Assembly: GCA_016342495.1 (NCBI GenBank)
Contig: JAEIOG010000011.1
Coordinates: 4,330 to 68,329, forward strand
From: Phycisphaerae bacterium
Lineage (GTDB): Bacteria; Planctomycetota; Phycisphaerae; Sedimentisphaerales; SM23-30
Direction of reading: 5' to 3'
Length of the DNA: 64,000 nt
Part shown: one piece after another, positions 57,026-64,000 of the stretch
How positions within the stretch are numbered: the first letter of the stretch is position 1
How the letters are laid out: each line of letters starts with the position of its first letter
Made by a program: the position numbers and the translations under genes
Notes under the pieces: model-generated
Seen by the model: only the letters and a program-made list of their open reading frames with translations
What the model was told of the DNA's origin: nothing
Databases searched by the model: none

Positions 57026-57898
57026 TTAGTTTACCCAGGAATATGCAGGTAAAGTTCTCACCGAGCTGCAATACTTGGACATTGATGAAATATTCAAGTT
57101 AAACATTCGCACCATATTGCTAAGCCAGGAAGGGTAATTGGATGTAAATTTGATTTCAAGTACAACAAAGTTAGCTTTGACATCCTGCCAACCGGGTCCG
57201 TTTATTTTTATGATCGGCTCATTGGTCATTTGGCACGATAAACATCGATCAAAAGTTATTCTGACACGATTTTTTGCAGTGCTTTCATAAGCCTCACGTT
57301 TATATTTAACTAAAGCTATTGGCTTTGCATGTAACAATTTATAATAAGTGAGAAATTGTCTCAAATCGGTATCATCATGATCGGCGATAATAGGTGGTAT
57401 TACATTGTCCACCAAAAATGGTTTTAAGTCATTGCGATGTGCTTTATAGCGACTTTTGCAAATAACTTCTCCGAGCCTGCGTTTTACTTCAAAAAATATC
57501 GGCGATTCTGGATCATCGCTGTAGGCTCGTACACGAAGCTTATAGCGATTGCATTTGCCATCCATTGTTTCATTAAACAACGTGAGTTGGCTGGAGTCAA
57601 AATACACACTAGAAATATAATATTGATGATCAGGCTGAGCGACTGAATACTTGTCCAATGGGATGATGGGCCTTAGATATTCGGTAAGCAACTGGGCTTG
57701 AAGTTCACTAATTCGATATTTGAGCTCATATCTTTGTGACAGGAAGCTGTCATCCTGCTCAATCTTTTCAGTCTGCTGTATGGCCAAGACTTGCGGTGCC
57801 TTGACTACAGAGACCTGAGTGGAGTGGCTTATTTTTTTTCGAGGTATGGTCTTCATTGCTGTTTTTACCGATTGCCAACTGGTATAACAGCTATGCAT
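57026..57898 (-). CDS. VTC domain (polyphosphate polymerase/CYTH-like tunnel) protein
   Basis: The VTC pattern is present: RYELKYRI, SVYFDS, YKLRVRAY, FFEVKRR, KYKREAY, VRITFDR, VVLEIKF and a C-terminal SKY. The start is uncertain (alternative ATG at 57856). Confidence 0.85.
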   Translation of the reverse strand: MHSCYTSWQSVKTAMKTIPRKKISHSTQVSVVKAPQVLAIQQTEKIEQDDSFLSQRYELKYRISELQAQLLTEYLRPIIPLDKYSVAQPDHQYYISSVYFDSSQLTLFNETMDGKCNRYKLRVRAYSDDPESPIFFEVKRRLGEVICKSRYKAHRNDLKPFLVDNVIPPIIADHDDTDLRQFLTYYKLLHAKPIALVKYKREAYESTAKNRVRITFDRCLSCQMTNEPIIKINGPGWQDVKANFVVLEIKFTSNYPSWLSNMVRMFNLNISSMSKYCSSVRTLPAYSWVN

Positions 57899-58365
57899 CG
57901 GTATGCTCCTTACTTCGCTTTTAGCATTACTGGGGAAAAATGCTAAATTTGTATTCGCTCGTTTCTCCTATAATATCACTACATTATTAGACGCTATATT
58001 TTTCTATGCCCTGTGGTTAATATATTTTTATCTTTTTGGAGTTTCTTCCGCAGGTTTTACTTTTTGTAACGATACTACATTTATTATTTTAACACATTTC
58101 TAATATAACTCAAGTTTTTTTCCAAACAATCTTCGGATTGAAACCGTTGTTTTGTTCTTTTATTAAGATATAACTCTATATTTGGCAAAATCTAACTATA
58201 TTGCCATCTATTTAGTATAACTTTACCTATTTTGTCTTAAATTCTTGAATTTAGCTGGTTTTTGTGTTATACTTATTATCAGCAAACTGTAGAAAGTAAT
58301 GGAGAAGGCATTAGATGCGACCTCAACTGGTCGTTATTATACTATTTTATCTGGAGGAAATTGTA

Positions 58366-60048
58366 GTGAAATTCACTTTTTTTACATTAATTTTAGCATT
58401 TTTGCTCGCATTTTCGAGTATTTCTGCTGCTGATCAATCTCCTGATATTAATGGAGATGGGATTGTCAATATCTATGATCTGCAACTTATGGTGAATCAA
58501 TGGCTGAATTCCGGTTCTGCGGATATTGATGGCAGTGGCAAAGTCAATTTACTGGATTTCAAAACTATCAACCAGTCATGGATGCAAATTGTTGGTTTAT
58601 CCGCCCAGCAGAAATTTCTTCGCATCTCTGAAATAATGTATAATCCTCAAGCCGGTGATCTTGATGGCGATGAATATGAATTTCTGGAGCTGGTCAATAT
58701 CGGCACTTCACCTTTAAATCTTAACGGCGCAGCTTTTACCTTTGGAATTGATATTGCTTTTGGCGACTTGACTATCCCAGCTGGAAGTCATGGCTTAATT
58801 GTTAAAAACCCAACGGCTTTTGCCGATAGGTATGGCTTAGGCTATGATATCTTGGGTACTTATACTGGTTCATTAAGTAATGGTGGAGAAGGCATTACTC
58901 TGGTTGATTCTAATGGTTCTATTATTGTAGATTTTATCTATCAGGACAGCTGGTATGATGCAACGGATGGCAATGGTTTTTCTCTTGTTGTTGCCGATGA
59001 AAATTCCAGCAATGACCTTGGTCTTGTTAGTAGTTGGCGGGTTTCTTATGCTCTTTGGGGTTCTCCAGGGGCTACAGACATTGGCGGTGTTGCAATTCCT
59101 GATGGCGCAATTATTATAAATGAAGTTATGGCTCATTCTGATGATTCAAATCCAGACTGGATTGAACTTTATAATACAACAGATCAGCCAATTAATATTA
59201 GTGGCTGGTTTTTAAGTGATTCGGAAACTGATCTCACTAAGTTTGAAATAGCCCAAGGAACAGTAGTTAACGCCCATGCTTATAAAGTTTTTACAGAAAC
59301 CGCTCACTTTAACAAAAACTCCAATCCTGGTGCTCATACACCATTTGCCCTTAGTGAAAATGGCGAAACCGTTGTTCTTTCTTCTGGTCTTAATGGTGTA
59401 GTTACTGCCTATAGTGAAAAACAGGATTTTGGCCCTTCACTTAAAAATGTTTCTATTGGAACTTATACCACCAGTGCCGGGAAAATTGAGTTTGTCCAAT
59501 TAAGCACCCCTACAATAGCTTCAAGTAATTCCTCTCCGAAAGTTGGTCCCATTATTATTTCTGAGATTATGTATAACTCTGATAAGGATGATGATGCGGA
59601 ATATATAGAGCTTAAAAATATTTCATCAAGTTCGGTAACATTGTTTGATAGTGAAGTTTCCTTGCCATGGAAATTTATCGATAGTGGCGGCATAGACTTT
59701 TCATTCCCTAACAATACCACAATACCAGCTGGTGGAGCAATTATTGTAGCCAAAGATGTTGCTATCTTTAATTCTAATTATAATACTCCAACTGGAACCG
59801 TTGTGCTTGGCTGGGTTGATGGTGGTCTTAGTAATAAGGGTGAAAAGATCAAGTTGATTCAGCCTGGAGATATCGATAAGGATGGTATAAGGCAATATGT
59901 TGACGTGGATGTTATTGATTATGGTGATTCTTCGCCATGGCCCGAAGGTGCTGATGGTGATGGCAAGGCTCTGGGACGTGTTAGCAATCAGTATTTTGGT
60001 GATGACCCGGCCAGTTGGCAAGACATCATTCCTAGTCCCGGTCAGTAA
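58366..60048 (+). CDS. secreted dockerin-like + triple lamin-tail-domain (LTD) protein, paralog of the CotH giant protein termini
   Basis: This is ORF 58315-60048. GTG 58366 lies 8 nt after GGAGG and yields the signal peptide (M)KFTFFTLILAFLLAFSSISA. It has the repeats DINGDGIVNIYDL and DIDGSGKVNLLDF, and three LTDs (ISEIMY..EFLELVN, DWIELYN..GWFLSD, ISEIMY..EYIELKN). Confidence 0.8.
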   Translation: MKFTFFTLILAFLLAFSSISAADQSPDINGDGIVNIYDLQLMVNQWLNSGSADIDGSGKVNLLDFKTINQSWMQIVGLSAQQKFLRISEIMYNPQAGDLDGDEYEFLELVNIGTSPLNLNGAAFTFGIDIAFGDLTIPAGSHGLIVKNPTAFADRYGLGYDILGTYTGSLSNGGEGITLVDSNGSIIVDFIYQDSWYDATDGNGFSLVVADENSSNDLGLVSSWRVSYALWGSPGATDIGGVAIPDGAIIINEVMAHSDDSNPDWIELYNTTDQPINISGWFLSDSETDLTKFEIAQGTVVNAHAYKVFTETAHFNKNSNPGAHTPFALSENGETVVLSSGLNGVVTAYSEKQDFGPSLKNVSIGTYTTSAGKIEFVQLSTPTIASSNSSPKVGPIIISEIMYNSDKDDDAEYIELKNISSSSVTLFDSEVSLPWKFIDSGGIDFSFPNNTTIPAGGAIIVAKDVAIFNSNYNTPTGTVVLGWVDGGLSNKGEKIKLIQPGDIDKDGIRQYVDVDVIDYGDSSPWPEGADGDGKALGRVSNQYFGDDPASWQDIIPSPGQ

Positions 60049-60124
60049 TACAAATGATTTCAGGGAACCTCTAAAAATTAATTTTCTACTACGAAAATAA
60101 TTATTAGAGATACCCTTTAATAAT

Positions 60125-60163
60125 AAAAGGCCACTATAGCATGAAACTATAGTGGCCTTTTTA
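60125..60163. terminator. bidirectional rho-independent terminator
   Basis: The stem is AAAAGGCCACTATAG / CTATAGTGGCCTTTT (about 14-15 bp), between the convergent LTD and typA genes. Confidence 0.85.
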
Positions 60164-60185
60164 TTTGCATAAACTATTAAATTGA

Positions 60186-62072
60186 TCAACTTGATTTATT
60201 AGAATCTTCAGTTGCATTGCGAGCACTTCTTGCTGCTCTGCGCCGGTCACTTTCGATAAGCAGTCTTTTACGCATTCGTAGTGAGCTTGGTGTGACTTCT
60301 ACCAGCTCATCATCTTGAATATATTCCAGTGAAGCTTCCAGAGAAAGGATACGTGGTGGGCGAACTCTGGCGGCATCATCTTTGCCTGAAGAACGTACAT
60401 TTGTCAACTGCTTTGGTCTTGCAACATTAGCGCCGATGTCACCATCTTTACAATGTTCTCCGACAACCTGTCCTTCGTAAACCTGGTCACCAGCTTTGAC
60501 AAAGAAAACTCCCCGGTCATAGAGTCCGTCTAAGGCATAGGCTGTTACCTGGCCAGTCTGAGTTGCGATTATAACACCATTTTGGCGGCCTGGTATTGTT
60601 CCTCGAATTGGCTCATATCGTTCAAATGTATGATGCATAATTGCCCGGCCCTGTGTGGCATTAAGCATACGAGCATGCAAGCCAAACAGCCCGCGTGATG
60701 GAATCATGAACTCCATGTGAACATAGCCACCTGCTCCACATTTCGATTCCATACGTATCATTTCTGTGCGGCGTTCACCTAATAAGCTCATTACAGAATT
60801 CTGGCAATCTATTGGGCAATCGACAACCAGTAATTCGATAGGTTCCTGCCTACGGCCATCAACAACACGGATAATAACTTCCGGTTTGCCTACGCAAAGC
60901 TCAAAGCCTTCACGTCGCAAATTTTCCAGCAGTACACCGATATGCATAAGTCCGCGGCCCGATACCTTGAATTCTTCTGGTGTTCTGCCGGGCTCAACTC
61001 TCAAAGCAACATTATGTTGTAATTCTTTGTCAAGACGATCTTTGATTTGACGACTGGTAACCGAATCGCCTTCTTTGCCCCCAAAAGGTCCATCGTTGAC
61101 ACGGAAGGTTGTGTGCATTGTTGGCTCATCAACTGCAATAACTGGCAACGCCGATGGCTTGTCTGCACAGGCAATTGTATTTCCGATATCGATTGGGTCA
61201 AGACCAGAAATTGCGCAGATGTCGCCCGCTTGGACATCAAGAGTTTTTATCTTGCCCAGACCCTGGAATTGCTGGATTTGCATGATTTTTTGCTGAGTAT
61301 GTAAACCGTTTCGGTCAATAATAGTAACTGGTTGTCCTTCAATCATTTTTCCTGAAAAGACGCGTCCAATAGCGATTTTTCCTACATAGTCAGAATATGC
61401 AAGTGAGGTGACTAGCATTTGTAAAGGTGCTTCAGTATCGCCTGCTGGATGCGGAACATGATTTACAATGGCTTCAAAAACTGGCCGCAGATTAGCGTTT
61501 GGTTTGCTAAGGTCTGTCGTAGCCCAGCCATCACGTGCTGATGCGAAAATAATAGGAAAATCCAAAGCTTCATCGCTGGCATTCAGCTGAACCAGCAGGT
61601 CAAAAACTTCATTCACTACATCATCTGGTCTGGCATCGGGGCGGTCGGCTTTGTTGACAACGATAATTGGCTTGAGATTGTTTTCGAGAGCTTTACCCAT
61701 TACGAATCTGGTCTGGGGCATTGGCCCTTCAAAGGCATCTACTACCAGAATCACGCCATCTGCCATTTTTAACACACGTTCGACTTCACCGCCAAAGTCC
61801 GCATGGCCAGGGGTGTCGATAATGTTAATTTTGAATATGTCGCCTTCTTTGTTGGCGTATTGTACTGCGCAGTTTTTACTCAAAATGGTAATACCGCGTT
61901 CTCGTTCCTGAGGGTCAGAATCCATAATTAAATTATGCTGACCCCCGGCCAGCTTATCCAGTTCGGCATTTCTGAACATGCCAGACTGGTATAATAGTTG
62001 GTCGACCAGAGTGGTCTTGCCATGATCGACGTGGGCGATAATAGCAACATTACGTAGAGTTTTTATGTACAT
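60186..62072 (-). CDS. typA: translational GTPase TypA/BipA
   Basis: It has AIIAHVDHGKTTL, DTPGHADFGGEVER and NKADR, and the domain order is collinear with BipA. Confidence 0.95.
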   Translation of the reverse strand: MYIKTLRNVAIIAHVDHGKTTLVDQLLYQSGMFRNAELDKLAGGQHNLIMDSDPQERERGITILSKNCAVQYANKEGDIFKINIIDTPGHADFGGEVERVLKMADGVILVVDAFEGPMPQTRFVMGKALENNLKPIIVVNKADRPDARPDDVVNEVFDLLVQLNASDEALDFPIIFASARDGWATTDLSKPNANLRPVFEAIVNHVPHPAGDTEAPLQMLVTSLAYSDYVGKIAIGRVFSGKMIEGQPVTIIDRNGLHTQQKIMQIQQFQGLGKIKTLDVQAGDICAISGLDPIDIGNTIACADKPSALPVIAVDEPTMHTTFRVNDGPFGGKEGDSVTSRQIKDRLDKELQHNVALRVEPGRTPEEFKVSGRGLMHIGVLLENLRREGFELCVGKPEVIIRVVDGRRQEPIELLVVDCPIDCQNSVMSLLGERRTEMIRMESKCGAGGYVHMEFMIPSRGLFGLHARMLNATQGRAIMHHTFERYEPIRGTIPGRQNGVIIATQTGQVTAYALDGLYDRGVFFVKAGDQVYEGQVVGEHCKDGDIGANVARPKQLTNVRSSGKDDAARVRPPRILSLEASLEYIQDDELVEVTPSSLRMRKRLLIESDRRRAARSARNATEDSNKSS

Positions 62073-62358
62073 TCATTGGCCTTTTTATATAAGGGGTGTA
62101 AATCCGGGGCTTGCTACAAAGTGGCAAACAGACCATTATAACACAATAAACCAGCAAAGTCAATACGCCAAAAAATATAGATTCTTCCAGGCTTTAAAGC
62201 ATGAATTGTCTCATGTATTTTGCAATGGTGGTTGTGTTGTAATGTCGACCATCAAGCATCGCATCTGGTTAATAATGGTTTTGGGGTGGGTCGAGTTTGC
62301 CGAAGGCTATCGTTTATGGGGGAACTATTTGTAAGCGTTGTATTGGTAAAGACTTATC

Positions 62359-63216
62359 TTACTCGTAAATGCTGAAGAATATGATGTCATAAACGCAATG
62401 CGACCCGGCAGCGATGCCAAAGCCTCGAATTTTAAAGATATAAGCAAAATACAGACCGGCTGTGACTCTGAAAAGGAATCCGCTGATACGTATTGGATTT
62501 GTCTGATAAAAGCTCCATCCGCCATCGGCATCGGTGCGAACCCCGATATAATGATAAACTGCAAATAGTACAGATGAAAGAACTGCGGCTAAAATTATTG
62601 AAAGTAATGCTGGTCTTTTCAGCACATCTTCAAAAAGCATAATCAGAATACCCATCACAATTAAGCGAAAAATCAGTTCTTCATATATTCCTGCTCCGAT
62701 ACTGGTGACAATGTCACTGATAGCCATTTGAATAGCCGTTTTGCCTTCCACAGCTGCTAATAGCCAGGAAGAGTCAAACATATTCCGTAAAATCGTTTCC
62801 AGTAATGCCCCGATTAAAAACAATGGCATGGCCCAGATTATGCTTTCAAGAGCCATTCCACCTAGCCATCGGGGTTTTATTTTCCAATCATGATTACTGC
62901 TGAGTTGCCAGCACAAAAGCACAATTACCACCACAAAACCCGGGAAAGCCTTAGCCAATGAGGGCTTCATTCCAATATGTAAGGCAAAGTCGATCAGCCA
63001 GGAGAATGCGGTAATTCGCACCTTGTAATCGCTAAGCGAATCGGTAAACATAATCCCCAGTTCATAGACAAGTACCAAAGGTAAAAGAAATGCCAGCCCA
63101 TACAAAGGCCGCCGGGTTACTTCTGGGTAAGCTCCCGGTGCATCGTTAAAAAAGCTCAGTGGGCCATGGCCGTTTTTAGCTTCTTTTTTGGTTTTTTTAC
63201 TGGTTTTCTTAGCCAT
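62359..63216 (-). CDS. CPBP family intramembrane glutamic endopeptidase
   Basis: This is a multi-pass membrane protein with YEELIFR, FAVYHY and HCVYD motifs. Confidence 0.75.
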   Translation of the reverse strand: MAKKTSKKTKKEAKNGHGPLSFFNDAPGAYPEVTRRPLYGLAFLLPLVLVYELGIMFTDSLSDYKVRITAFSWLIDFALHIGMKPSLAKAFPGFVVVIVLLCWQLSSNHDWKIKPRWLGGMALESIIWAMPLFLIGALLETILRNMFDSSWLLAAVEGKTAIQMAISDIVTSIGAGIYEELIFRLIVMGILIMLFEDVLKRPALLSIILAAVLSSVLFAVYHYIGVRTDADGGWSFYQTNPIRISGFLFRVTAGLYFAYIFKIRGFGIAAGSHCVYDIIFFSIYE

Positions 63217-63310
63217 ATATTACTGTAAATCCTGATATGCCACTAATTTAGCAACAAATGCTCAAAATTGCAAGCAGTTATGGTATTAAGCAGGGCTAAA
63301 TGTTACTATA

Positions 63311-64000
63311 TCATGGATTATTAATCCAGGGTGATGTTTTTGTGAAGTTATCGAAAATTATTTGTAGGTCATTGTGGTCTACTGTACAATCAAAATTCAG
63401 GTCATATTGATAAAAGAATTTTTCTGAAGCACAATTGGCAAAATCCGGGTTATCGATAGCAGAAAAAACTTCTGCATAATCAATAATATTGACGATGCCA
63501 TCGTTGTTAACATCACCAGACAACTGGTCGCCAGTAAATTCATTATAGTCTGCTATATAGCTCAAAGCAAAATTCTCTTGCCCGACATTGACAGCATCAC
63601 CATCAAGAACGGTTACCGTTAAAGAAACTTTCTGGTCCTGGATTTCATTATGATAATATATATGCTGAAGATTATCATTAATGCTGAGCGAGACATCTAA
63701 AGGCGCTGATTTATCCATTATCCCCTGATCGTTGACCGCCCAAAGCGTTAACATTAATATTGTCCCAGCTATTTCCTGATGGCTTCTATCATCGGTGAAA
63801 TGTTTATTCCAGCAAAGCGTTGCGGTAAAGTTTTGACCTAGCTGTAGTGGTGTATCAAAAATATAGTTTTTTTCAAATTTACCTTGTTTCCTGTCTAAAT
63901 ATAATGTGTCAATATCCCAGCCAATTGGTTCATTTAATCCGTCAGGTTTGTACTTTCCGGCATGCAAAATATCCAAAGCCCGTGAAACATCCAACAGTCC
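63311..64000 (-). CDS. dockerin-like repeat protein, C-terminal part (N-terminus outside window)
   Basis: The frame stays open to the window end. The C-terminus carries GDVNNDGIVNIIDYAEVF and DLNFDCTVDHNDLQIIF Ca-binding repeats. Confidence 0.6.
   Translation of the reverse strand, partial: GLLDVSRALDILHAGKYKPDGLNEPIGWDIDTLYLDRKQGKFEKNYIFDTPLQLGQNFTATLCWNKHFTDDRSHQEIAGTILMLTLWAVNDQGIMDKSAPLDVSLSINDNLQHIYYHNEIQDQKVSLTVTVLDGDAVNVGQENFALSYIADYNEFTGDQLSGDVNNDGIVNIIDYAEVFSAIDNPDFANCASEKFFYQYDLNFDCTVDHNDLQIIFDNFTKTSPWINNP

Noticed and set aside
62065-62334. An 89-aa plus-strand ORF between typA and the CPBP protease gene.
   Set aside because: It overlaps the typA start on the opposite strand, has no RBS or motif, and lies in the likely typA promoter and leader region.
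1-64000. Mobile genetic element, prophage or defence island. I looked for integrase, transposase, tRNA attachment sites, restriction-modification, toxin-antitoxin and cas genes.
   Set aside because: None of these gene types is recognisable in any frame. The repeat elements have no associated transposase in this window, so I call them repeats and not mobile elements.

Overview
This is a 64-kb chromosomal segment, roughly 40 % G+C by eye with several richer patches near 50 %. I call about 41 protein genes and saw no rRNA, tRNA, CRISPR array, transposase or integrase. The gene content fits a glycan-degrading member of the PVC superphylum (Planctomycetota/Phycisphaerae-, Lentisphaerota- or Kiritimatiellota-like), but that placement is inference only. 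The relevant genes are Tat- and lipobox-exported sulfatases and Gfo/Idh/MocA oxidoreductases, xylose-isomerase-like TIM barrels, ThuA, a GH109-like enzyme, a GH36-like enzyme, giant dockerin-like/lamin-tail-domain (LTD)/CotH surface proteins, and TPR/HEAT/Sel1/LRR repeat proteins. Housekeeping genes are proC, mnmG, typA and a 56-aa 2x[4Fe-4S] ferredoxin that the ORF track missed. Four things stand out. (1) A minus-strand cluster at 53.2-57.9 kb encodes a VTC (polyphosphate-polymerase) domain protein, a DUF4956 membrane protein, an HlyD-type adaptor and a TolC-type outer-membrane factor, with no canonical pump gene; I read it as a candidate envelope-spanning polyphosphate synthesis and export machine. 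(2) A repeat-dense accessory patch at 22.1-26.6 kb holds a dispersed family of hairpin elements whose arms are built from tandem heptamer words. One 33-nt piece of this family recurs (31/33) inside the mnmG coding sequence. The patch also holds three copies of a roughly 195-nt element with compensatory changes in a 22-nt palindrome, and a 21-nt tandem array. (3) An 18-kb plus-strand locus at 35-53 kb, plus a divergent AraC regulator, matches an NAD-dependent oxidation/elimination route of glycan breakdown. (4) A secreted 1329-aa fusion protein (NPCBM, beta-propeller, 2x CXXCH, FGE-sulfatase domain) lies downstream of an IclR regulator. All calls come from reading the sequence and ORF translations by eye; no searches were run.
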